From Candidatus Nomurabacteria bacterium (GTDB lineage Bacteria; Patescibacteriota; Minisyncoccia; Phycocordibacterales; UBA9973): DNA of 50,290 bases. A program made the translations under genes and the position numbers. The notes beneath the pieces are model-generated. The model was given only the letters and a program-made list of their open reading frames with translations. It did no database searches and had not been told where the DNA came from. The stretch spans positions 1 to 50,290 of the forward strand of contig JAHFNJ010000007.1 of NCBI GenBank assembly GCA_023267375.1, read 5' to 3'. Position 1 is the first letter of the stretch. Every line of letters begins with the position of its first letter. Below, piece by piece: positions 1 to 7,669 of this stretch.

Positions 1-1790
1 CAGACACCAGTGACGATAGATGGCGTATAGCCAACCGTCCAAGCGTCTTTGTTGTTGTTTGTGGTACCTGTTTTGACGGCGACTTCGCGTCCTGAGATTT
101 CAAGCGGGGAGTGTGCACCGAACGTCGGAATACGAGCTTGATTGTCGGAGAGGATTGAGGATACCTGTAGTGTGGCATCTCGTTCTACTACTTGCTGGCT
201 CTGGTCGGTGTATTGTTCGAGAATGTTTCCATTCGCATCTTCTACTTTAAGAATTGATGCATATGGGTGACGCACGCCTTCTTGAGCGAATACGCCGTAC
301 GCGCTCGTGATGTCGAGCAGAGAGACTTCGCCGCCTCCGATTACGAGCGTGAGTCCGTAGCGTGATGCATCGGTGAGTGTGTGGATGCCCATATCGCGTG
401 CGGTCTTGATCGCATCTGACACGCCGACCAAGTAGAGCATTTCAACAGCCGGAACGTTGATAGATTGTGCGAGCGCGTCGCGGAGGGTCATTGGTCCGCG
501 ATTTTTGTCATCGTAGTTTTGCGGATGGTAACAATTTGTTTGGCTGTGGCCAGGGAGTGCTTTGCCGTACGCATCACAGGTACTTTGAAATTCAAATGGC
601 AGGTCGAATACTACAGTGTCTGGTGTGTAGCCTTTTTCAAATGCAGAAAGGTAGATGAATGGTTTGAACGAGGAACCTGGTTGGCGGTTTGCGGTTGCGA
701 CGTTGAAGTTGCCGTCGATTTGTTTGTCGAAGTAATCGCGTGAGCCAACCATCGCCAAAATTTGTCCGGTCTTCGGATCGATAGAAACCAGCGCAGCATT
801 TTTTCCATTCCAGTCTTTTTCATTTTGCAGCGCGTGTTCGCGAGTGATCTCTTCCGCTTTTTGCTGGAGGTTGTAGTCGAGTGTCGTGATGACTTTGAGT
901 CCGCCCGATTCTACCGCGTCTGCGCCATATTTTTGTTCAAGATATTCTTTTATATAAAAGACGAAGTGCGGAGCTTTGATGCCGACTGGTTCTGCTGGTT
1001 TGAAGGTCACAGCTTCTTTGGCGGCTTTGTCGTATTCTTCCTGCGTGATGAAATTGAGTTCCTTCATGCGGGCGAGCACGGTATTTTTGCGTTCGTCGAG
1101 TTTGTCTTTATTTTTACCGTACGGAGAATAGTAGGTCGGTGCTTTTGGAATAGCGGCGATATACGCTGCTTCGGCGAGCGTGAGATCACCAGCATCTTTG
1201 CCGAAGAATTTCTTCGAAGCTTCCTCGACGCCATAGATTGATCCGCCGTAGGGGACTTCGTTCAAATAAATACCCAAAATGTCTTCTTTGCTGAGCGCTT
1301 TTTCTACTTTGAGCGAAAGTATCCACTCTTTGAGCTTACGGGTGATGGTTTTATCTGAATTTAAAAGGGTATTTTTGACGATCTGCTGGGTGATAGTCGA
1401 GCCGCCTTGCGCCAAGCCGCCTTTCTGGATATTTACCCAGACAGAGCGAAGAATGCCGCGGACACTGATGCCTTTGTGCTGGTAGAAAGCTGAGTCTTCA
1501 ATCGCCACCGTTGCGTTCTTTATATATGCCCCCATGTCGGTAAACGGGATAACAGTGCGCTTTACGCCGTCGTTCACGTCATAGAGAGCGACTTCGCCGG
1601 TGCGGTCGTAGATTTTGGTAGATTTTGCAACCTTGCGTTCGTCGAATGATTGAAAATCGGGAATATTGACGCGCGCGACAGCAATCAGGATGAATCCGAA
1701 GGAGATTATGCCGATACCTGCCACAGCGAGAAAGCTATTTATGAAAAGTCGTCGAGTCCAATGCTTCTTACGAGGATAATTTTGGTCCAT
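1..1790 (-). CDS. Class A penicillin-binding protein (PBP1A family, transglycosylase/transpeptidase); 3' end runs off the window
   Basis: Not in the ORF track because it is open-ended. Manual translation gives an N-terminal TM anchor, GT51 motifs (AIEDSAFYQHKG, GGSTITQQIVKN) and transpeptidase motifs RQPGSSFKP (SxxK), SINVP (SxN) and KTGT. An in-frame alternative ATG lies at 1796. Confidence 0.93.
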   Translation of the reverse strand, partial: MDQNYPRKKHWTRRLFINSFLAVAGIGIISFGFILIAVARVNIPDFQSFDERKVAKSTKIYDRTGEVALYDVNDGVKRTVIPFTDMGAYIKNATVAIEDSAFYQHKGISVRGILRSVWVNIQKGGLAQGGSTITQQIVKNTLLNSDKTITRKLKEWILSLKVEKALSKEDILGIYLNEVPYGGSIYGVEEASKKFFGKDAGDLTLAEAAYIAAIPKAPTYYSPYGKNKDKLDERKNTVLARMKELNFITQEEYDKAAKEAVTFKPAEPVGIKAPHFVFYIKEYLEQKYGADAVESGGLKVITTLDYNLQQKAEEITREHALQNEKDWNGKNAALVSIDPKTGQILAMVGSRDYFDKQIDGNFNVATANRQPGSSFKPFIYLSAFEKGYTPDTVVFDLPFEFQSTCDAYGKALPGHSQTNCYHPQNYDDKNRGPMTLRDALAQSINVPAVEMLYLVGVSDAIKTARDMGIHTLTDASRYGLTLVIGGGEVSLLDITSAYGVFAQEGVRHPYASILKVEDANGNILEQYTDQSQQVVERDATLQVSSILSDNQARIPTFGAHSPLEISGREVAVKTGTTNNNKDAWTVGYTPSIVTGV

Positions 1791-1858
1791 TTGCATATAA
1801 TAACATATGAGACGCTAGCCAAAAGACAAAATTACCAAATCGTGCTAAAGTGCTAGTT

Positions 1859-3280
1859 ATGAAACGAACAGATGCAGATATAGATGAATTGCTGTCTCGG
1901 GGCGTTGGTGCGTTTATCGACCCAGACGGAACATTCAAGAAGAAACTCAAAACATCACCCGAGAAGGTGGTGATTAAATTTGGTGTGGATCTTACCCGCC
2001 CCGACCTTCACTTGGGCCATGCTGTGGTGCTCCGCAAACTCCGCCAGTTCCAGGATTTGGGCTGCAAGGTGATTTTTTTGATCGGCGACTACACGACCAT
2101 GATCGGCGACCCGACCGGCAAGAGTAAAGTTCGTCCAGAAATCAGCCAACAGGAAGTGGAAGAAAATATGAAGACCTTTTTGGCGCAGGTGAACAAAATT
2201 TTGAAAGTTGAATTTGATGCGAATGGCAATGTGATTGATACGCCTATCTTCAGTTGGATCAGAAACTCTGATTGGTTTGTCGGCGTGACTGATATCCAGC
2301 CAAGCAAAGATTCAAAAACAAACATCAACATCAACGAAGGCGGAAAAGACAAGAGTTACCCAATTCCTCCGGGAAGTTTTGTCGGCAAAGCAGTCCTCTA
2401 CGAGAATACTCGTATGCAAAAGACTCGTTTGAAAAACGAACAAATATTTACTCGCTCGCTTACGAATATCATTTCAGTGTTGCGCCATCTGACTCACGCA
2501 CGTCTCATTGAACGTGATATGTTCCAGGACCGCATTACCTCTGGCAACGAGCTCTATATGCACGAATTGCTCTACCCAGTGCTGCAGGGTATCGACTCTG
2601 AAGTGCTCCATCGTGTGTATGGCTCATGCGACCTTGAGGTTGGTGGAACCGATCAGACATTCAACATGCTTGTCGGCCGCGATGTCATGAAGATGAACAA
2701 ACAAGAACCGCAAGCAGTGCTCGCATTCGAACTCTTGGTGGGTACTGATGGTACAGAAAAAATGTCCAAGTCGCTCGACAACTATGTCGGCATCACTGAT
2801 GCGCCAGAAAATATGTATGGAAAAATCATGTCGATTCCTGACAGTGTGATTACGCACTATTTCGAACTCTGTACCTTTACGCCGACTGATGATGTACTTG
2901 AAATTAAAAAGACACTCGAGAAAGGTGCCAAGAATCCACGCGATATCAAAATGCGTTTGGCACGAGAAATTGTAGCGATTTACCATGGCGAAAAATTGGC
3001 TGAGCAGGCTGAAAGTAATTTTGTGCAGACGTTCCAAAAAGGTCTCGCTCCAGATACTATGCCAGAAGCATCAGCAAAAAAAGGTACAGCACTTTCTGAA
3101 ATCTTAATCACTGAAGGATTGGTAGAATCAAAATCAGATTTCCGACGACTCATTTCCGAAGGCGCTATTAAAATCATTTCAGGTGATGTTGAAGAAAAAA
3201 TTCTTGATCCATTGGTAGTAATATCAGAGACAACAATCGTGAAAGTAGGGAAGCATCGATTTGTAAAAATCACGGTCTAG
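1859..3280 (+). CDS. tyrS: Tyrosyl-tRNA synthetase
   Basis: PDLHLGH (HIGH) and KMSKS motifs, GGTDQ.FN, C-terminal S4-like domain (KVGKHRF). ATG at 1859 preferred over the ORF-track start at 1850. Confidence 0.97.
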   Translation: MKRTDADIDELLSRGVGAFIDPDGTFKKKLKTSPEKVVIKFGVDLTRPDLHLGHAVVLRKLRQFQDLGCKVIFLIGDYTTMIGDPTGKSKVRPEISQQEVEENMKTFLAQVNKILKVEFDANGNVIDTPIFSWIRNSDWFVGVTDIQPSKDSKTNININEGGKDKSYPIPPGSFVGKAVLYENTRMQKTRLKNEQIFTRSLTNIISVLRHLTHARLIERDMFQDRITSGNELYMHELLYPVLQGIDSEVLHRVYGSCDLEVGGTDQTFNMLVGRDVMKMNKQEPQAVLAFELLVGTDGTEKMSKSLDNYVGITDAPENMYGKIMSIPDSVITHYFELCTFTPTDDVLEIKKTLEKGAKNPRDIKMRLAREIVAIYHGEKLAEQAESNFVQTFQKGLAPDTMPEASAKKGTALSEILITEGLVESKSDFRRLISEGAIKIISGDVEEKILDPLVVISETTIVKVGKHRFVKITV

Positions 3281-3288
3281 TACAAAAA

Positions 3289-3341
3289 AAGCAAAACAAA
3301 AACCGTTCTCGACAATAGTCGGAACGGTTTTTGTTTTGCTT
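3289..3341. terminator. Long bidirectional intrinsic terminator between convergent genes
   Basis: AAGCAAAACAAAAACCGTTC-tcgac-aata-gtcg-GAACGGTTTTTGTTTTGCTT, a ~24-bp near-perfect stem with A/T tracts on both sides. Confidence 0.85.
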
Positions 3342-3370
3342 GACCTACTCCCGAGAGGGAGGTGCGAAGC

Positions 3371-3553
3371 TTAATTGAAGTCTCTTTCACTACTTAGAGA
3401 ATCTGACTCATCGTCATCATCATAACTGTCAGCATCCCCCAAATCGTCTGGGACGTCGTCTGCCAAGTCATCGGTTGCATCGTCAGTGAAGTCCTTACTG
3501 AAGTCAACTTCAGTGTCGGTTGGAGCGCTCCACTCATCATCGAGATAACTCAT
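3371..3553 (-). CDS. Small, very acidic hypothetical protein (60 aa)
   Basis: 25/60 residues are D/E. ATG lies 6 nt after a TAGGAT -10-like hexamer, and a terminator follows. Confidence 0.7.
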   Translation of the reverse strand: MSYLDDEWSAPTDTEVDFSKDFTDDATDDLADDVPDDLGDADSYDDDDESDSLSSERDFN

Positions 3554-3684
3554 AGATATATCCTAAAAACATACAATTATTTACTAAAAAACGACCTTAA
3601 AAATTACTTAAATTTTACGTGCATCCTTTTTAACAAATCGCGGTCCGCTTGGCAAGAGGCAACGGGGTTATCTGTGGAAAACTC

Positions 3685-4164
3685 TTACTTAAACTTCTCA
3701 CAGGCGAAGCAGGTAAGGCCCACAGCGATAGCATCGATCTCGTCATCGATCTGTTTTTTAGCTGGGAGGGTGATTAAATTCTTCACCATTTTACGTACAT
3801 CTTCTTTATCCGCATGGCCATAGCTCGTAACTGCAATTTTTATTTGGAGTGGCGTATATTCAAATACTGCTATGCCGGCGCGTGATGCTTCGTAGATAAT
3901 GACGCCGCGTGCTTCCGAGACCCCCATGACTGTTTTTTGGTTTGTCGTCATGAAAAGGGTTTCGATTGCGAGTGCCTCAGGTTTGTATTTTTTTATGAGC
4001 GTCGCAATTTCTTCGCCGATAGAAAATATTCTCGCTGGCAATTTTGCTTTTTTATCAGTACGAAAACAATCCGAATACACGATTGTTTCCTTGCCACCCG
4101 CATTTTTTTCAAGTACGGCAATGCCGACACGTTCATATCCAGGATCAATGGCTAGGATTCGCAT
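3685..4164 (-). CDS. ruvC: Crossover junction endodeoxyribonuclease RuvC
   Basis: RILAIDPG, LAIETLF, EYTPLQIKIAVTSYGHADK, DDEIDAIAVG motifs. Confidence 0.96.
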   Translation of the reverse strand: MRILAIDPGYERVGIAVLEKNAGGKETIVYSDCFRTDKKAKLPARIFSIGEEIATLIKKYKPEALAIETLFMTTNQKTVMGVSEARGVIIYEASRAGIAVFEYTPLQIKIAVTSYGHADKEDVRKMVKNLITLPAKKQIDDEIDAIAVGLTCFACEKFK

Positions 4165-4167
4165 AAA

Positions 4168-4196
4168 TGTCTAATAACTAATTTCTAATGACTAAA
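4168..4196. repeat. Heptamer array (CTAATNN) at one end of the four-helix-bundle gene
   Basis: tgt-ctaataa-ctaattt-ctaatga-ctaaa. The inverted counterpart is at 4560-4590. Confidence 0.7.
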
Positions 4197-4567
4197 GGGT
4201 TTTGTTTCGACTTGTTTATGATACTAACAAAAATAAGCTGGAACTCGATTGTTTCTTGAATTAAAGGTTGAATATCGGCAGTTAAATCAGGGATAATAAA
4301 ACTTAGTGTTTTTAACCAGTACTCTGTTTCCTTAGATTCCTTTTTACAAATCCCTAGTTTATGCTCAAAATCCTTTTTTGATTCAGCACAATCAGCTTCT
4401 GCGTAGTTTGCTCCGATACTTGTACCAGATCGGGTACACTGACTAATAATGGGAATTGAAATGGTGTCTTTAGGTATTTTTTTGAGTAATGCGATAAGAT
4501 TTTTTGAAAATTCAAGCGTTCTTTTACTCAAATCATATTTCTTATCATTTTGTATTCCGTTAGACAT
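4178..4567 (-). CDS. Four-helix-bundle protein (23S rRNA intervening-sequence protein family)
   Basis: DLSKRTLEFS...SGTSIGANYAEA...SKKDF..KL.IC.KES.ET.YWL signature. Confidence 0.88.
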   Translation of the reverse strand: MSNGIQNDKKYDLSKRTLEFSKNLIALLKKIPKDTISIPIISQCTRSGTSIGANYAEADCAESKKDFEHKLGICKKESKETEYWLKTLSFIIPDLTADIQPLIQETIEFQLIFVSIINKSKQNPLVIRN

Positions 4568-4590
4568 TAGAAATTAGGATTTAGTCATTG
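4560..4590. repeat. Inverted heptamer array at the other end of the four-helix-bundle gene
   Basis: cattagaaattag (4565-4577) is the exact reverse complement of ctaatttctaatg (4178-4190). tttagtcatt (4580-4589) is the reverse complement of 4187-4196. Confidence 0.7.
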
Positions 4591-4610
4591 AGAAGTTTTT
4601 ACGAATGCTG

Positions 4611-5135
4611 CTACTCTGCATTCGTAAAAACTTCTTGCACTTCGTCATTTTCCTCAAGCTCGTCTACAAGCGCTTCAAGTTTAGTCGCGTCTTCTTCGGT
4701 AATAGGAACCGTCATGTTTGGTGTCCAGATGTGATCATTTTTTGTGAACGACCATGTTGTCGATCCGATAGCACCGAGTGCCGATCCGTGTTCAGAGAGA
4801 ATAAATCGTATTTCCTGCGCTGCTTTATTGCGATTGGTGGTAAGTGCTTCAATAATGAGCGCTACGCCACCTGGTCCGTATGCTTCGTAGGTGAACCGTT
4901 CAAATTGTTCTCCTGGTTCGGTGGCTTTCTTTATCGCACGTTCAATGTTGTCATTTGGCATATCGACATCACGAGCTTTTTGGATTGCCGCCTTCAGTCC
5001 TGGGGCTTCGCGATTGCCGCCAGATTTCTTCGCTTCAAGCGTGATAACGCGGACGAGTTTTCCGAAGATCTTACTCGTCTTTCCTCCTTGTGCCGCCTTC
5101 TTATATTTTTTCTTTTCCCACTGTGAATGACTCAT
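4611..5135 (-). CDS. yebC: YebC/PmpR family protein, shortened form (174 aa)
   Basis: MSHSQW.KKK, MPNDNIERAIKKA, YEAYGPGGVA..IEALTTNRNKA, C-terminal LEENDEVQEVFTNAE. Confidence 0.93.
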   Translation of the reverse strand: MSHSQWEKKKYKKAAQGGKTSKIFGKLVRVITLEAKKSGGNREAPGLKAAIQKARDVDMPNDNIERAIKKATEPGEQFERFTYEAYGPGGVALIIEALTTNRNKAAQEIRFILSEHGSALGAIGSTTWSFTKNDHIWTPNMTVPITEEDATKLEALVDELEENDEVQEVFTNAE

Positions 5136-5173
5136 GAATAGAGCTTATATTTTTTAACTTTCCTGTGCAAGTT

Positions 5174-6223
5174 TTACTTGAAGAAGAAAAACCCGACGGC
5201 CATGATGGCATACGCCACCAGAAGCTGGACGCCTTCGAGCCAGTTTGATTCGCCGTCTTGGACAACGAGATTCGCAATAAAGACAGAGAAAATAATTGCC
5301 GCGAGTTCAAAGGTGTTGAAGACCAGACTCATTTGCTCTTGGAAAAAGAGACTGATCAAGACAAGAAGTGGCGCAGCGAGCATGGCGATCTGTGTTGCGG
5401 AGCCAATAGAAATCTGCAGTGATAAATCCATACGATTTTTCATTGCCATCGTGATAGCTGACGTGTGTTCAGCCGCATTACCAATGATGGCCACAAAGAC
5501 CACACCGATGAAAAGTTCGGTCCAGCCGAATGCTGCGACGATCGGTTCGATAGACGCAACAAGGATTTCAGAAAGAAATGCAACAAGGACAGTTGAGATA
5601 AAAAGAATAATGACACTTTTTTTGATGCTCCAATTTGGCTGCAGGTGCCCGACCTCTTCGGTGTAGAGGTGTTTGTGAGTAAAAAGCGAGAAAGAAATGC
5701 TCGCAATATAAGCCAGTATCATTAGTACTGAAACTATTATTGAGAGGTGTTCTATAACAACAGGGCCGTGGGTTGGTGCTGTTTGGAAAAATATGGCAGG
5801 GATGACAAGCGCGATGACGGCAAGCAAAAGAGTAGAAGAGCTTGCGAGAATTGCTGTCTTATTGAATGTCTGCTTTTTGTGGCGAGTACCACCAGCAATC
5901 ATTGCTGCTCCTAACACTAAAAGGAGGTTGCCGATAATCGAACCAGTTATAGATGCTTTTACTACTTCAATGAGTCCAGCTTTGAGTGCGAGTACGCCGA
6001 TAATTATCTCTGTTGCGTTGCCAAAGGTTGCATTCAAGAGTCCGCCAACCGCTGGACCAGTGTGTGAAGCGAGTTCTTCGGTGGCGTTACCGATATATTT
6101 TGCGAGCGGTATTATGCCGATTGCGGCGAAGAAGAATACCCATGTCGGGGCAACGTGCATCAATGATGCAATGATTGCGATCGGAACAAAAATAAGAAGC
6201 CCGTTAAGTATTTTTTCAAACAT
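5174..6223 (-). CDS. Ca2+/H+ exchanger (CAX/ChaA family)
   Basis: Alpha-repeats GGLLNATFGNATE and AIIGNAAEH, GESNWLEG, about 10 TM segments. Confidence 0.93.
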   Translation of the reverse strand: MFEKILNGLLIFVPIAIIASLMHVAPTWVFFFAAIGIIPLAKYIGNATEELASHTGPAVGGLLNATFGNATEIIIGVLALKAGLIEVVKASITGSIIGNLLLVLGAAMIAGGTRHKKQTFNKTAILASSSTLLLAVIALVIPAIFFQTAPTHGPVVIEHLSIIVSVLMILAYIASISFSLFTHKHLYTEEVGHLQPNWSIKKSVIILFISTVLVAFLSEILVASIEPIVAAFGWTELFIGVVFVAIIGNAAEHTSAITMAMKNRMDLSLQISIGSATQIAMLAAPLLVLISLFFQEQMSLVFNTFELAAIIFSVFIANLVVQDGESNWLEGVQLLVAYAIMAVGFFFFK

Positions 6224-6243
6224 CGAAGTAGTTGAATTATTTT

Positions 6244-7266
6244 TTAATGAATTAATTTATTTTGATGCATTTCTCCATCAGGATGATCGAATGAAAGGTG
6301 GTCGTATGCTTTTTGGGTGGCAACACGGCCTCGCGGTGTGCGCTCAAGGAGTCCGCGTTGGATTAAGTATGGTTCAACCACTTCTTCGATTGTTGATTCT
6401 TCTTCAGAAGTTGCCGCAGCGATGGTATTTAAACCGACTGGTCCACCACCGAATTTTTCAATAATTACTTTCAGGACATTGCGATCGGATTCAGAAAGAC
6501 CGAGTTCATCGATGCCGAGCAATGAGAGTGCCATGAAAACTGTTTTTTTATCCAAATCTTTTTTATGTACTTGTGCGTAGTCGCGACAGCGTTTCAAGAA
6601 ATAGTTTGCGGTACGGGGAGTGAAGCGGGCGCGCTTCGCTATTTCATCAATTCCACCTTTATCAATATTTATTCCCAAAATTTTTGCACTTCGCCCGATG
6701 ATTTTCATGATTTCCTCTTCGTTATAGAACTCGAGTCGGAAGACGCCGCCCGAGAAACGGGAGCGAAGCGGCGCAGAGAGGAGTGCGATACGTGTTGTGG
6801 CTGCGACGAGCGTAAACGGTGGCAGGTCAAGCTGGATGGTGCGGGCTGACGGGCCTTTGCCGATGATAATATCGAGTACTCCGGATTCCATGGCAGGGTA
6901 GAGCACCTCTTCAACCATTTTGTTGAGTCGATGGATTTCGTCGATGAAAATGATGTCGCCCGGGGAAAGATTGGTGAGAATAGACGCCAAATCGCCGACT
7001 TTTTCGATAGCCGGACCGGAGGTAATCTTGATCTGTCGGCCGGTTTCTTTGGCAATAAGGTGAGCCAGGGTGGTTTTCCCCAGTCCAGGAGGACCATAAA
7101 AGAGGATGTGTTCAGCAGGGTGGTTGCGCTCTTCAGCGGCCTGAAGGAGGATTTTAAGGTTCTGTTTAATGCTTTCTTGGCCGATATACTCTTCCCAGGC
7201 GCCTGGACGCAGGGTTTGGTCTAAAAAGAGCTCATCGGGGATATTTTTTTCTTTTTCTTCCATCAT
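6244..7266 (-). CDS. ruvB: Holliday junction branch migration helicase RuvB
   Basis: LRP...YIGQ, Walker A GPPGLGKTT, Walker B FIDEIHR, GLLERTPRGR. Confidence 0.98.
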   Translation of the reverse strand: MMEEKEKNIPDELFLDQTLRPGAWEEYIGQESIKQNLKILLQAAEERNHPAEHILFYGPPGLGKTTLAHLIAKETGRQIKITSGPAIEKVGDLASILTNLSPGDIIFIDEIHRLNKMVEEVLYPAMESGVLDIIIGKGPSARTIQLDLPPFTLVAATTRIALLSAPLRSRFSGGVFRLEFYNEEEIMKIIGRSAKILGINIDKGGIDEIAKRARFTPRTANYFLKRCRDYAQVHKKDLDKKTVFMALSLLGIDELGLSESDRNVLKVIIEKFGGGPVGLNTIAAATSEEESTIEEVVEPYLIQRGLLERTPRGRVATQKAYDHLSFDHPDGEMHQNKLIH

Positions 7267-7318
7267 TTTGTATAGGGTGGATAATACTTTGTAAATAAAA
7301 GGGGAACAGGAGAGGGTG

Positions 7319-7347
7319 TTGACAATTTATTTCGAGTATGCTATACT
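7319..7347 (+). promoter_or_regulatory. Consensus sigma70 promoter, divergent from ruvB, with no ORF downstream
   Basis: TTGACA-17 nt-TATACT with an extended -10 TG. Confidence 0.8.
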
Positions 7348-7353
7348 CTCTCC

Positions 7354-7620
7354 AGTAAACGATTTTCAACAGCTTATACACAGAGTATATCACAGGTTCG
7401 CTGGACCTTGTGTTTCCGCTGTGCGATACTTGAGACCTCGTTAGTTTTACTTGAAAAAGGGTTTAAATCTCTAAGCAGTCAGCCTTCCGGTTCTAGATTT
7501 TTAATTAGGACGTTCTGGATAATTATTTATAATTTTTTCTGGAGCTATCCTCTGAGGATTTCTTACTTAGTGTGCACAGCATGTTAAGGACTGTTTAGAG
7601 ATTTAAGCTCTTATTCTCCA
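7354..7620 (+). ncRNA. Candidate structured ncRNA with 6S-RNA-like fold
   Basis: 24-bp closing stem 7457-7480/7589-7612 whose three non-Watson-Crick positions are all G-U on the + strand; central bubble; apical wobble-containing hairpin ~7506-7550; extra 5' hairpin ~7385-7431; lies between a promoter and a terminator with no ORF. Confidence 0.55.
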
Positions 7621-7662
7621 CAAAAAATAAAAACCACCCGTGAAGGTGGTTTTTATTTTTTG
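7621..7662. terminator. Bidirectional intrinsic terminator
   Basis: Perfect 18-bp stem CAAAAAATAAAAACCACC-cgtgaa-GGTGGTTTTTATTTTTTG. Confidence 0.9.
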
Positions 7663-7669
7663 TGCATAT

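Noticed and set aside
465-1856. Several + strand ORFs of 63-159 aa in the ORF track
   Set aside because: They are antisense shadows of the PBP1A gene. The same applies to most short opposite-strand ORFs throughout the window.
7276-7621. DnaA-box-like 9-mers (GGTGGATAA 7276, TTATACACA ~7376, TTCTCCACA ~7614; others at 3673 and 42002) suggesting oriC
   Set aside because: Few, scattered and mostly mismatched; no dnaA/dnaN nearby and no clear DUE. The promoter-stem-terminator layout explains the region better.
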